Assembly: GCF_964188315.1 (NCBI RefSeq) | Contig: NC_135657.1 | Location: forward strand, 310,001-374,000 | From: Podarcis muralis | Lineage: Eukaryota | Reading direction: 5' to 3' | DNA: 64,000 nucleotides | Shown here: positions 42,241 through 55,208 of the stretch, one piece after another | How the letters are laid out: each line of letters starts with the position of its first letter | Position numbering within the stretch: the first letter of the stretch is position 1 | Notes under the pieces: generated by a model | The model's database searches: none | What the model saw: the letters and a program-made list of their open reading frames with translations, nothing else | What the model was told of the DNA's origin: nothing | Made by a program: the position numbers and the translations under genes

Positions 42241-44204
42241 ATTCTTGCCTGTGCTTCAGCTATTGATATTCCCCACCCTGAAGATTAGTTCAGGGTGTGA
42301 CCAAGTGTGACTGCAGGCAGCATGTTAACTCCTTACAACCCTGGACATGTATCTTGGCTGCCTCCCAAAGTTTCATCACGTCTGGACAGACAACCCAGGG
42401 TGGTGCATGCTGTTTATGGGGTGGGGCTGAGCAGATATGCTTCAAAGAAATAAAAGGGGACATCTTCATGCCACTATTTATTCAAATTTCTAGGGTGTTT
42501 ACCTGATAGTCTGTCTGCAAAGAGAGCCCACTTGACTATTTGGGCAGAAGGAAGGCATAGATGTGGCCACAAGTCACTCCCTGGCCAGTTTCTGGCAAGC
42601 AGATGTAACCATTCCAGTCTGGGAGCATCATTTCAGCTGCCAAGAGAGTCGGCTGTCCTCCCACAGAGGAGAAACCCTAAACTGAAATTCATATTCCCAG
42701 TTGCTGGCTTTGGGATTCTGTGTGGACACCCTTTCCTCTTTCACAGCAACTGTTGAATTTAATATTGAAACAATCCCATAGCATTTAAAGATAATATCCT
42801 GTCCCTGGTTCCTGCCCAAATTGTGTCAGCCATATGCGTTTTGAACGACAAGCCTCCTGTAGCCCCCACTGCTTGCATGTGGGGCTCTGACTTGTCCCGA
42901 GAGCTGGTCTTACGGCTGCCACAGGACCGCTTCCTTTGCGGTTCCATGAGTTCCTGAGTTCTTTGCAGTCTCTGCTCCCTCCCTGCTCACCCCCGGCACC
43001 CAGGCACAGCTAACGGAAAATGATCTGAAAGTGCTCCTCTGAGGCAACCGACTTCCCAGGGATGTGGTTTCTGCCCAGCGGGTGGCGGGGGGTGTGCATG
43101 TGCTTCAACCTTGACATTTTGAGAAGCAGGAAGCCAGAGGAGATCTGCTGAAGATGGGCAAGCAGGTGGTGGCTCTTGCTCCCGTGAAGCCGCTTCTCCC
43201 CTCTGCAACTGGCTCCTCTGAGATGTCAAGTAAGTTTTGTGGGAAATGGGGTAGGGGGAGGAAGAGCCCCTTCTCCTGTCTAGCAGGGAGGCTGCTGGTG
43301 TGAAGCCTTGAAGAGGAGGGAGGCGCCTCCTGGCCACCTGCTGTCCAGGCTCAGCAGGCAGAGGCAGGAGCCTGACTGCCTCTCAGCTCCCTCGCCCTCC
43401 CTCCCCACGGGAGAAGAGGCAGGCGCTGGCCGGCTGGCCCAAGGCAGGATCTGAGAGGATGGGGGGTGGGGCAGCCACACAAGCACAGCTCCCCCAGGCA
43501 GAAGAGAAGCTGGACAATGGCTGCTTCCTGAGGCTGCCCTGTCCTTCTCCTCCGGACAAAGGCCAGTGGTTCTCATGGCTGACCCTCTTTGTGTACATGT
43601 AGGGCCAGCTCATCGTTTTACTAAAAACAATGCAGAATTTAGAAATTGTTAGAAAGACATCACTGACTTATTTTAATAAAATATGCACGCCACTCGATTG
43701 TAGGGAAAAAACTCATAGCGGTTTACAAAAAAGATAAAATGATTAAAAATCACTAAAAAGAAACCTACAAACATGATATATAAAGTTAAAAAGCACAATA
43801 AAATAGACTAAAACAAAGTCCTGCAGACTTTCTAAACATCTGGGTAGCCTTGAAGAGTTCCAAAGTGTCGGTGCTGCTACACTAAACCATCAGGTTCTTA
43901 CTGACACAGCGCAGGTATGATGTGGCACATGAAAAAGGGCCATTTCCACCAACTGAATGGTAAGGCCATCTTGTAGGTAAACTGGTCCCAAGTTGTTTAA
44001 AGTCATTACATCCTAAGAGAGAGGCTGAAAACAGGAGTGTTCCAGCCCGAAAAAGAGGTACAATTTCTAGGTACCCTCAGGGACTGTGCCCTAGAACAGC
44101 TGGAGCCAAGCAGAGGCGGTGGCACCCAGGATCTGGTGTGAAATGTTAAGTGTTGTTGATCCAGTTTGGCTGGGTGTTCATCAGTATGTGGATGAAACCC
44201 AGCT

Positions 44205-44502
44205 CTACCTCTCTTTTAAATCAGAACCAGTGAAGGCAGTGAATGTCCTGTGTGTCTGAAGTGAAGTTACAGGGAACCAGGCAGAGGGCCTTCTTGGTAG
44301 TGGCACCCGCCCTGTGGAACAGCCTCCCATCAGATGTCAAGGAAATCAACAACTATCTGACTTATAGAAGACATCTGAAGGCAGCCCTGTTGAGGGAAGT
44401 TTTTAATGTTAAATGTTTTATTGTGTTTTTAATATTTTGTTGGGAGCCGCCCAGAGTGGCTGGAGAAGCCCAGCCAGATAGGCGGGGTATAAATAATGAA
44501 CT
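44205..44502 (+). mobile_element. L2 3' fragment with an internal deletion
   Basis: RT-region sequence joined directly to [10 protein letters not shown]...FNV and the 3' stem-loop. Confidence 0.75.
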
Positions 44503-44512
44503 GTTGTTGTTG

Positions 44513-44551
<39 letters not shown>
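44503..44551. repeat. Compound microsatellite (TGT)n(TGC)n at the L2 tail
   Basis: Seen directly. Confidence 0.9.
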
Positions 44552-44552
<1 letters not shown>

Positions 44553-45199
44553 AGGGACCCCTGTGCACCAAAGCAATATAGAGCTCAATGGAGACTTGGC
44601 AAGAGAGCCCAGCACAGTCATGTTAGGCTTCGAGAGAGGCACCCTGACGGGCAAAAAAGCAGCTGAGGGGCAAAGTCCAGAAGGTCAAGCTCCTCAAAGT
44701 TCTTGGAAATAAAAGAGGAGGAGGAGGAGGAAGAGAGGCTTGGGAGTTGAAAAAGCTCAGCAGGTCAGGCAAGATAGCACAAGCGCCCAGAGGATGCCTT
44801 TGTGGTTAGCAAGCGGAATCAGATAAGCCGTGAGAGGCAAGAAGACATTCTTAAGAAAACCAGAACGCCACCCACATCAAGGGAACCAAAAGCGACACAA
44901 AACTTGGGGGGGGGGGGGGAGACGCAAGCGGCCAATAAGGGATCCGAAAAATAATAATAATTAAAAAAAAGAATTTTGAGGCTCACATTGGTAAAACCAT
45001 AAAGACCAACAGCAACAAATTCTTTAAATGTGTTCGTAGAAGGAGATGGCCCTGGGAAGCAGGTGGACAGGTCCCTTTTGTTTTTCACTTTCATCCTTCC
45101 CTCGGGGAAAGGCTTCTTGTGAACACCACCCTCCACAAGTCCTATCAGCCACTCCCTGCAGCCCACCATCTGTTTAAAAGCAGCTCTGCCATCTTTCAG

Positions 45200-45640
45200 G
45201 TTTAATGTGCCAGTATTCCCATTTGTGTTGAAGAGGAACCCATCATTTGCACAGGCTCATCCCAAAATGCCCCCCAGCACCCAACAAATTGAACCCCCTG
45301 CTCCTGACAACACTGTCTCACCCCCACAATCAGACTACACAGCTGTGCCTGGCTGGCCGACCCTGCACATGGATCTGGTAGCATTTCAGAGAAAGCTACC
45401 TTGGAGATTTCTCGACAGCATACCTGGCAACCTGAAGTTTTCCTCCTAGGACTTCACAATTCAATTTCCCCATGTCCTTGGTGCCAACATGCACACCCCC
45501 AACACTACAGACCAGGCTAGCTAGATAACAGACGAGCAATGCCCAGACCATCATTCTCCATGATAGCAGGGGAGCCATCATTCTGAGAGCATGACACAGC
45601 TCTCTTGTCTCCAAAGGCGCCTTATCTACCAAGCTTCCTG
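45200..45640 (-). mobile_element. Degraded CR1 ORF1 (SGNH esterase-like) fragment
   Basis: HVGTKDMG and CCQEQGVQFVGCWGAFWD peptides. Confidence 0.55.
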
Positions 45641-45859
45641 CCTCTCTCAGTTACTCTAGGTCACAGAATCAATATAAATATTTCCAAGGACAAGGAGACA
45701 CCAAGTACTGAGTATGATTACTTTACTGATACACAGGAAGCTGGGCGGGGGGACGGGACAGGAATGAGTCATGGTACTTTAGTTGAGATTCCTATGAGGG
45801 AGGAGTTGGACTAGAGGACCCTTGAGGTCCCAACTCTACTGTTTCTCCAGCTTCACTTG

Positions 45860-46230
45860 TCTCTATACTAATACACAGAGCATGTGAAATAAACAAAAGG
45901 AACTTGAGCTCTTGATATGGGATGGAAAATATGATCTAATAGGCATTATTGAAAACTGGTAGGATGAGAATCATGAATGAAGTGTAGAAGTTGGACTTGG
46001 AGCATGGAAGGCAGGTTAAGAGTGTTTGGGTAAATGTTATAGGATAGGAAAACAGCAGTGACATCACTGTGGGAGTCTGCTATAGACCTCCAAGCCGGAC
46101 TGAAGACTTGGATGAGGCCTTCCCAGAGCAGATGACTAAATATTCACAAATAAAAGGGAGATCAGCTCCCCTGATATCTGTTGGAACTCAAACTCTGCCA
46201 GGAATGTAAGATACTCAAAAAATTATTTGA
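45860..46230 (+). mobile_element. Degraded CR1 ORF2 endonuclease start
   Basis: CLYTNTQS..NKQKELELL...KYDLIGI...VGVCYRPP across frames. Confidence 0.7.
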
Positions 46231-46279
46231 TTTTTGGAAGTAGCAGTCACCTTGGGTGGAAGTGACTACATCCTCTTAG

Positions 46280-46710
46280 AATCATAGAATTGGGAGCCCT
46301 TAAAGGCTTCTAATCCAACCCCCTGCCATGCAGGAATCACTACTAAAGAATCTCTGACAGGTGACCGTCTGACCTTTGTAGAAAAACTTCCAATTAAGGA
46401 GATTCCACCTGCAGAAAACAAGTTTGATCCATCTTCCAGGTGATGGCACTTCAAATATTTGAAGATTGTCATCATGTCACCTCTCGGCCTCCTCTTCTCC
46501 AGGTTCAACATTCCCAACTTCCTTAACTGTCTCTCATCAGACTTGGTTTCCATACCCTTTGCCATCTTGGCTACCCTTTTCTGCCCACCCTCCAGCTTGT
46601 CCATCTCCTCCTCCATCTGCCAGGGGTTCTTGAACTGAGATTCCTGCATTGCAGGGAGTGGACTAGCTGTCCCTTGGGGTCCCTTCCAACTCTACCATTC
46701 TATGATTCTG
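46280..46710 (-). mobile_element. CR1 3' fragment(s)
   Basis: KLEGGQKRVAKMAKG...LGMLNLEKRRPRGDMMTIFKYLK plus terminal repeats. Confidence 0.75.
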
Positions 46711-46892
46711 AATAAACCAGCAACAGACAGCCAGTACAAAGTTGGAGGGTCGCAACTTAGCAAAACACACAACTCCTTGTCTCCTTTCTCCAGGGAGCGG
46801 GTGCTAGAAGGCTGGTGCTGGTCAGCAGCTGCGGCCCTCAGGCTTCCTGCAGCCCTCCAGAGCGGGCCCCAGCCCACCCGAGACTGGCAGCG

Positions 46893-47963
46893 ATGAGCCC
46901 AAACTGCACCAACTGCACCCGTCCAACCGACCAGGCCTTTGCTGGCATGTACGCCCTTATCTTTGCGGTCGGCCTCCCTCTGAACATTGCAGCGCTCTGC
47001 ATCTTTGTTTTGGGCCGCGCCGGGCGCTCCATCACCATCACCTACATGAAGAACCTGGTGGCCTGCGACCTGCTGCTTCTGGCCTCGCTGCCGCTGAGGG
47101 TCCACTTCTACGGCTGGCGGCCTCGGCTGCCTCAGCTGCTGTGCGAAGGGGTGGGCACACTGCTCCTGGTCAACATGTACTGCAGCATCTTCCTGCTGAC
47201 CTGCCTCAGCTGGGACCGCTGCCTGGCCGTCTGCTTCCCGCTCAGTCCGAGGGCCCAAGCCGCGCGCCAGCAGGCCAGGTGCATCTGCGCAGGGGTGTGG
47301 GCCTTGAGCATCGCAGGGACCATCCCCACCTACGTCACACAGAGGAGGCAGGGGCAGCGCACGCTCTGCTTCGACGAACGCCCCCACTACATCTCGGCCC
47401 GCGGGGTCCCCACCGCCATGGCGCTCGCCTTCGCCCTGCCGCTGGCCATCATGGTGAGCTGCTCCTACCAGCTGCTGCGTACCGTGCACCACAGCGGGGC
47501 CGTTCAGATGGAGTTGGTCAACGGCACAAAGATCCGTCACATGGTGGTGACCAACGTGGGCATCTTCCTGGGCTGCTTCTTGCCCTACCACATGGCGGTT
47601 CTTCTGTACCAGGCACCGCAGCTGCAGGGGGAGTGCTTGGACATGGCCTACCAGTGTGCCCTGCTCCTGGCCTGCGCAAACGCCGCCCTGGACCCCCTGG
47701 CCTATTACTTTGCCACAGAGACCTTCCAGCACCTGGTGCCATTGGATTACCTGCTCAGAGGCTGGGGCTCCCACAGCAACCCACAGCAACAACACAGCTC
47801 CCACAGCAACAACGCCAGGGGCACGGGGAACCTTGCCCAGCCCCTGAGGGCCCAGGGTCTCCTTGGGCTGCCCTCAGGTGTGGAGATGCTACCCTTGGAA
47901 GGGGCAGAGGCCACCAGGGCAGAGGGAAACGGCAGCACAAGCATTTGTGAGGTTGCAGCTTGA
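46893..47963 (+). CDS. Class A GPCR of the LPAR6/P2Y5 (non-Edg) group, single coding exon, 356 aa
   Basis: Seven TM segments: GLPLN, TYMKNL..CDLL, LPLRVHFY, NMYCSIFLLTCLSWDRC, W4.50, CFLPYH, LDPLAYYF; N-terminal sequons NCT; splice acceptor upstream of the ATG near 46793; AATAAA at 48268-48273. Confidence 0.9.
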   Translation: MSPNCTNCTRPTDQAFAGMYALIFAVGLPLNIAALCIFVLGRAGRSITITYMKNLVACDLLLLASLPLRVHFYGWRPRLPQLLCEGVGTLLLVNMYCSIFLLTCLSWDRCLAVCFPLSPRAQAARQQARCICAGVWALSIAGTIPTYVTQRRQGQRTLCFDERPHYISARGVPTAMALAFALPLAIMVSCSYQLLRTVHHSGAVQMELVNGTKIRHMVVTNVGIFLGCFLPYHMAVLLYQAPQLQGECLDMAYQCALLLACANAALDPLAYYFATETFQHLVPLDYLLRGWGSHSNPQQQHSSHSNNARGTGNLAQPLRAQGLLGLPSGVEMLPLEGAEATRAEGNGSTSICEVAA

Positions 47964-48642
47964 CTGGCACAGTTGTGGGTGTCTGGTCCTGCCCTGCTGC
48001 TCAAGGAAGGTGGTGCCAGACGCATCGAGGCCGCTTATGCCAGGAGGAAAGGCTCCCCCAGGGGTTTGGGAAGGGTACAGAATCCTTGAGCTGTAGAGCT
48101 GGAAGGGCCCCAGGAGACATCTAGCCCAGCCCCCTGCAATGCAGGTAGCAGTGCACATTACCAGTAGCAGAGCTGGTCCCTTCAGTCTCCACCACGGGCA
48201 AGAATTGCCAGAGAAGAGTTGCTGCGCTCCTTAGCCCTGACGCTCCTGGGCGGACCCTGCTTTTTCTAATAAAGAGTTCACCACTTGCTTCCTGTGATTT
48301 GCTGCTGGTTCTCTCCTGTCAGGCACCAACCTCTCTCTGCCTTCCCAGCAACCAGGCCAGAGTGTGGCGCTGCCTGTCAGCTTCCTCCTCCTCCTCTGTC
48401 TGGGCTGTAGATCTCAGCTGGGGGGGGGGGGGCAGGAGGAGGTGGCTCTGCCTGCCATTGGCTCCGGCTCCACCTCCTGTTGGCCTCCTCCAGGGGGGTG
48501 AGGGAGGTCTTGATCCCACACCCTGAAAATCCTGACCTGGCTTGTCCCTCCCCAACCCAAAGAGCAGCCCATCTCTGCCCTAAACCACCTTGGGATTAAA
48601 AGAGAAATAAATTCAGTTGCAGGCAGAGCATGTGACAGTCCT

Positions 48643-48648
48643 TTTATT
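48643..48648 (-). terminator. Candidate polyadenylation signal of the FMO-like gene
   Basis: AATAAA on minus about 380 nt past the stop; tail-to-tail with the GPCR. Confidence 0.55.
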
Positions 48649-49026
48649 CTTCTGCTTCTTCAGAATTAACATGGCAAACAGCTTGTGATTCGTCTGCCTA
48701 AGGCACTGGCAGGCAGGGCTCCCCATTCACCCCCCAGAAAGGAGAAGGCAAGTGGGCGGCCACGACCCCCTCCCAGGATGCGCAAGGCTCCTGTGCTCTG
48801 GGCCCAGCCTCTCTTGCAAGGCTGCCACCACCCTCCTTGGCAAGCCCCCCCCCCCAAGAGGCTGCCCACCCGCCCATTGGCCAAGCAACATTTCCCTCCA
48901 TTTCCCCAAACACCCTAATTTGGGGGTGGGTCTCCCAGCGGAACTGGCCGGCAGCATATCTCTGGCTAATCTGTGGAACTCCCTGCCACAAGATGGTGGC
49001 GCTGATGGCCCCTGGCTGGTCGGCTT

Positions 49027-50184
49027 TCAAAGAAGAGGCCCTCCTTCTGCATCCCCGGCCTCTCCTTGCACGACTTCCCAGGCATCTGGGCCCAACAGCC
49101 GGTAGTTCCTTCCACGGTAGGTGCTCACATCCTGGGCACGGCTGGCACGCGTCGCTTCATAGATCTCTCGCACCGCCGGGGGGAGCGGGGGAAAGCCTGC
49201 GAGGCGGGCCAGCTCCTCCGCGTAGCTCCACTGCTGGGCCCGGAGGCGCAGGAAGTGCCGTGCCAGACCCCCCTCGCGCAGGTGCCGCTCCAGCTGCGCT
49301 TGGGCATCGGCCTCCATCTCGGCGGCGGAGGGCAGCGGGCAGCCGCCCTTCAGCACCGCCAGGGCAAAGAGCGCCTGGCAGTGGAAATGCGGGAAGGGGC
49401 AGATCTGCTGGCAGATGCCGACCAGGAACAGCGACGGGTGCCAGGGGGCCAGCAGGTGCTGGTACAGGGGCCCCACCCCATACTCCGTCTCCCGCAAGCC
49501 CAGCTGCGCCAGATCCAGGAAGGGGAAGCGGTATTGGTAGCCCGTGCAGAGGATCAAGGCGTCGGCTGGCAGCACAGAGCCGTCCCTGGGCACCACCGTC
49601 TCCGCCGACACCCGAGCCAGAGGGGGAACCTGCAGCACGTCCTGGGGCAGCCCGCGGACCGGCGGGCCCTGGTGGCTCAGCACCACCCGTGCCGCCAGAG
49701 GGGCCAGCTGCAGCGCCAGGTCGACTCCGGAGGGGCCGGCGCCCACCAGCACCACCCTCTGCCCGGCAAAGGGCTCCGGGCGCCGGTAGGAGTGGCTGTG
49801 CAGGAGGCGGCCTGGAGAGGAGAGCAAAAGGCAGGCAGGCAGGGGTGGGTGGGTGGGTGCTGCGGGAAGGGCATGGCTCCCCCTGCCCATGGGCAGCCGC
49901 CTTCTCTTGCCCGCAGGGAGCCGCTCCAGCCCCCCGCCCTCCCCTGGCCAGGTCTCCCCACCTGCTCCCCAACCCCAAATTAGTATATTCCACCGTTCAT
50001 GGACAGATCCCAGGGTGGAGTGCAACATTAAGAAAAGATTTTAGGAAGCATCACAAGAAGAAGAGAACAGAAGGCTAGTAATAGGCAGCACAACGATCAG
50101 ATAACCGCAATAAGAGTTCCCCCACCTTTAACAGGGGGAGGGGGACTATAGGGTTGCTTTTGCTTTTTGTTTTTATTGTGTATT

Positions 50185-50234
<50 letters not shown>

Positions 50235-51529
50235 TTATTATTTGTACCCCGCCCATCTGGCTGGGTTTCCCCAGCCACTCTGGGCGGCTTCCAACAAAGA
50301 TGAAAAATAAACTAAAATGTCACATATTAAAAACTTCCCTGAACAGGGCTGCCTTCAGATGTCTTCTGAATGTCAGGTAGTTGTTTATCGCTTTGACATC
50401 TGATGGGAGGGCGTTCCACAGGGCGGGCGCCACTACCGAGAAGGCCCTCTGCCTGGTTCCCTGTAACTTGGCCTCTCGCAGTGAGGGAACCGCCAGAAGG
50501 CCCTTGGAGCTGGACCTCAGTGTCCGGGCAGAACGATGGGGGAGGAGACCTCCTTCAGATATACTGGACCGAGGCCATTTAGGGCTTTAAAGGTCAGCAC
50601 CAACACTTTGAATTGTGCTCGGAAACGTACTGGGAGCCAATGTAGGTCTTTCAAGACCGGTGTTATGTGGTCTCGGCGGCCGCTCCCAGTCACCAGTCTG
50701 GCTGCCGCATTCTGGATTAGTTGTAGTTTCCGGGTCACCTTCAAAGGTAGCCCCACGTAGAGCGCATTGCAGTAGTCCAAGCGGGAGATAACCAGAGCAT
50801 GCACCACTCTGGCGAGACAGTCCGCAGGCAGATAGGGTCTCAGCCTACGTACCAGATGGAGCTGGTAAACAGCTGCCCTGGATACAGATTTGACCTGTGC
50901 CTCCATGGACAGCTGTGAGTCCAAAATGACTCCCAGGCTGCGCACCTGGTCCTTCAGGGGCACAGTTACCCCATTCAGGACCAGGGAATCCTCCACACCT
51001 GCCCGCCTCCTGTCCCCCCAAAATTTTGTGTTTTTATATTGCGATTTTATGTTGTAACCGCCCTGAGGAGCACAGGGGGGTATACAAATTTAATGAATAA
51101 GAATACGAATTCGAATAACAGCAACAGGCCCTAGATTATTCAATGGCTAAAGATCGGGATAAAGAGGAATGTTTTTGCCTGGCACCTTAAGGCATGTAAT
51201 GATGGTGCCAGGCAAGCCTCCCTGGGGAGAGGCACTTCACAATCGGGGAGCCACCACAGAAAAGGCCCTTTCTCTTGTTGTCACCCTCAGAACCTCTCTG
51301 GGAGGAGAGGAGGGCCTTCTCGGTAGTGGCGCCCGCCCTGTGGAACGCCCTCCCACCAGATGTCGAAGAGAAAAATAACTACCAAACTTTTAGAAGACAT
51401 CTTCTAAAAGGCAGCCCTGTTTAGTGAAGCTTTTAATGTTTAATAGGTTATTGTATTTCAGTGTTTTGTTGAAAGCTGCCCAGAGTGGCTGGGGAAACCC
51501 AGCCAGATGGGCGGGGTATAAATAATAAT

Positions 51530-51577
<48 letters not shown>

Positions 51578-54500
51578 TGACCACCAGAAGGAGACTCTGG
51601 ACAGACAAAAGGAATGGCTTATCCACACCAGGCAAACTTGCAGAACTGGCAACAAGAAGACCTGCCCTCAGCTTTAAAGAGGACCTTCCCACCACTGGCT
51701 CTTAGTTGGGTCAGCTGTACAGAGCCTTCAGCTTCCGCAGCAGTCTACCAGTGAAGGTCAGCTGCTGGGGAGAAAGGGGGGAGAGCTGGCCTTCAGGCCC
51801 TGCTTGGCCCTGGCTGGCCACTGGGGAAAAGGGGATGGGGGGTTACATCGGAAGAGCCCCCTTTAGCCTTTCCAGGCTGCTGCCTAGAGCTCCTCCTTGG
51901 TCCTCACCTTGAAAGCTGTCCAGGCCAGGAATGGGAGGGATGAATGGGTTGGCATAATGGCTGCAAAAACAGGATTGTCAGGACACATGACCAGCCAGGT
52001 CCCGCCCCTGCCCCCACCTCTGCCCTGATTGGTTCCCAGAGACTAAGAGAACATGATTGCCTCTTCCTGATAAAATGGGGAGGGGGGGATCCTGAAAATG
52101 GTCCCTGGCCCTCCCCCCAGCCCAGCCAGTTCAAGCCACCCTGGGCACTTGACATCAGCCAATGAGATTCCTGCATTGCATGGGGTTGGACTAGATGACC
52201 CTTGGGATCCCTTCCAACTTTACCATTCTGTGATTCTATGACTGCAACCCCCCCCCCCCCGCTCAGTGTTGAGAATCCAGAGGAAAGGAATCCCAAGGCT
52301 CTGCTTGAAAGACCTCCAGCGAGGGCACCCCCATCTCAGTAACTGGTTGTCCAGGGACTCAAGGACATCAAGGCGTTTTGCCATGCCCCCCCCCCTCCCA
52401 AAGCAACCCTCTAGCCCTTTTGTGTGATCATGTCACCTGCTTGGTCTTTTCCTTTCCAGGCAAAGCACACCCAACCCCTTTGACCTCCCCTCTCGGACCC
52501 TCTTTCTTGCCCCTTCTGACCCCATCCCAGCTTGTCTACACCCATAAAGGGCAGAGACCATAGGAGGCCTGACTGATGCAGGACACGGGTGAAGAGCGTT
52601 CTGTGAAGCCTCAGGGTGCAGCTAACTCACACTTTCCTTGCAATGATTTCTGTGGCTCCTGCTGCCAAGTCATGCTCCCCCCCCCCCCCCCCGGGCACTG
52701 GGCCAAAGGGATTTTGACTTCCATTGCTGAACTCACCCAGTGCAGACCATGACGGCATCAAAGTGCTTTGTGACTTTCTGGGTTGCCTCTGGCCCCTGCT
52801 GTGTGGCTGTGACCTCCCAGCCCCCTGGCTGGCCCTCGCTGCTGGACACAGGCCGGACGTGGCTCACCTCACTCCGGAACTGCAGGAGGGAGAAGAAGGC
52901 CCTCAGGCAGGGAGGGGGCCAGCGGAGACCCAGCAGTGGGCAGGGAAAGGCCTCTGGGGGGCAGAGAAGCCACAGCTCTGGAACCAGCTTGGAGAGGCTC
53001 CTGCTGAACACCCCTGGAGATGCCAGGCAGCCCTTCATTTCTGACACAAGATGGTGGGGCGTGGCCTTCCTGGGAGTCCCTGCCCCAGATGTATGGGGAC
53101 TGCCTATTCCAAGCTCTTGTGCTCGGATCCTGCTCAGGATGCTGGATGAGATGGGCCATTGGCCTGATCCTGCGGGCTCTTCTTAGGTTCTTAGTGGCCA
53201 GAGAAATGCCACATGCTCAGGGGTACTCTTTATGTTGGACCAAAAAGGGATCCTGAGTCCTTGCTGCTGTGGCCTCCCTCTGACCTACATCATCCAGACA
53301 TCATAGATATGTCACAGAAAAGGTGGCGTCTCAGGTAGCACCTGAGATCCAGGCCTGCCCCTGTCACTCAAATATAGTATTTCACACTTACTCCATCACA
53401 GTACAAAGGAAAGCATTGACAGTTCTCTGGCCCCTGAGTCAAGTCAAATACACCCCTTCATCCCATTATGGGGCAGGTAGGCATTATGATTGAGTCCGAC
53501 ACTCAGTCTGACACTCTTTGGGGTCACGACTCCTTGGGGATTATGGTGGGCTCTCTCACCCCTCCCCTTATACCTCACTTCCCTGGGTCCTATATGCCAC
53601 TGGAACGGAGAAGATTGATCCAACAAGTAATTTCCCAGCAAGCCAGTACATAGATACATTTTTCAGTGAATTGCGACATTTGGCTCTGGCACTTTCCCTG
53701 TTTTCCTTTGTTGGAGACCTGGGGCTCAGAGGGGAGTCACGGGCTCCTCCTGCAAATTGAGCAGAGCTTCCCTTCCAGATGCCTTTGCAGATACAGTGGT
53801 ACCTCAGTTTTCGAACGCAATCCATTCCGGAAAACCATTCAAGTTCTGAAACATTTGAAAACAGTAAACTCAAAACAGAATCCTCAAAACAGAAAACTCA
53901 AAACGGAAGCCATGTGGCACGTTTGACTTCCAAGGCATGTTCAAAAACCGAAGCATCTACTTCCAGGTTTACAGCATTCAAGAACCAAAATATTTGTCAA
54001 TGGAGACGTTTGAAAACCGAGGTACCACTGTTTGCTGCTCTTAATTTTCTAAGCATTAGGGGCTGCTATCAGGGATCTGGAGTTTATGATTAGACCGGCA
54101 CTTTGTGAATGGAGTTCTGAACCTAAATGAATGAGGTCTGGGTAATGTGCAGCGAAGACCCCCTGTCCTTGCCTTGTGGTGAGGCAAGGCTCATGATTTC
54201 CCAGTAACAGACTCAAGCGCCACCACCCCACCTGAGTCTCACCTGGATGTGGTCGTAGACCCCAAAATGCTCCGCGTAGCTTTCCAGGTAGGCCAGCACA
54301 TCCGAGTGGTGGAGGAAGGAAGGCAGCGCCGGGTCAAAGGGGAAGTCAGGAAAGGCCATCACCTCCTTGGGCAGGTTGGTCCTGGGAGGGGGAACAGGAC
54401 GCAGCCGCAGGATGAGCTCCCTTGCCCCCCAGGGACCCAAGACACACACACGGGGGTGAAAGAGGGGGGCCACATCCCCGGGTGGCTACCTGAGGTCCCG

Positions 54501-54692
54501 GTACATGCTGGAGTGCGTGGGCCGCCCCTTGGCTTCTTCCTCCAAGTAAACCCAGGTGCCTCCCAGGCAGCCAGAGGCTTCGAACACCACGGGAGGAGCA
54601 AACGTCTCGGGCGAGGCAAGGATGTGGCGGGCGACGCACAGACCAGCAGCCCCTGCCCCAACCACGGCCACCTGCAGCTTCTGTGACGCCAT
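49027..54692 (-). CDS. Flavin-containing monooxygenase, soluble non-mammalian type, 440 aa
   Basis: Exons 54490-54692, 54243-54381, 52737-52879, 51908-51960, 49027-49811 with consistent phases; GAGAAG (FAD), FQGRLLHSHSY (FMO fingerprint FxGxxxHxxxY), GAGPSG (NADPH), CTGY; probable non-coding first exon with donor at 56882-56883. Confidence 0.93.
50186..51010 (-). mobile_element. L2 3' fragment (about 0.8 kb) with (TTA)n tail
   Basis: ORF 50517-50996 nearly identical to the C-terminus of the L2 at 35402-37396. Confidence 0.9.
51275..51577 (+). mobile_element. L2 3' fragment with (AAT)n tail
   Basis: Same family; 3' stem-loop present. Confidence 0.8.
53794..54030. mobile_element. Tigger/pogo-like MITE
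   Basis: 19-bp TIR CAGTGGTACCTC(A/G)GTTTTC (18/19 match); TA on the left flank. Confidence 0.8.
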
Positions 54693-54966
54693 CTTGCTGG
54701 AGGAGGAGAGGGAGAGAAGGGGAGATGAAGCCTGCACTTGGTTGGCCCCACGGCAAGAAGGGGAGGGGGCCTCCTCTCCATTCACAAGAGTGTTCCCAGG
54801 GACAGACCCCCAAGAGAAGGCCGGGTGCCCCCTCAGGCCATCAACTGTAGCGTCTGAGGTTTGGTGGAGTATTTCATAGAGACCAAGCGCCACGAGAAAA
54901 GGGCCAGTGCTTTGCGTCCTGCACACTGCTGTGTCCAATGAGGACTAGAAGCTTGCCTGCATTTGA

Positions 54967-55208
54967 CTACACTTGTTGTTTAATGGTGAATTTTGGATAT
55001 AATGGAGATGTAAAAGATTTGGATTATTATAAAAGATGCAGGAGGAAATGATTAACAACTGTACCCACAAAGGGGAGGAGGGGAGCCCAGGAGATTCTCT
55101 GGGGTCTTGTCTGTATGTTGGATATCTGATTGTAAAACTGGAATTTGAAAAACCAAATAATTTTGTTTTAAAAAGTATGATGCTTTTAACTCAAGAAGAA
55201 GCAGAAGC
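54967..55208 (+). mobile_element. Short L1-like 3' UTR insertion
   Basis: 17-bp TSD AGCTTGCCTGCATTTGA at 54950-54966 and 55209-55225; composition resembles the L1 3' UTR at 6600-6860. Confidence 0.7.
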
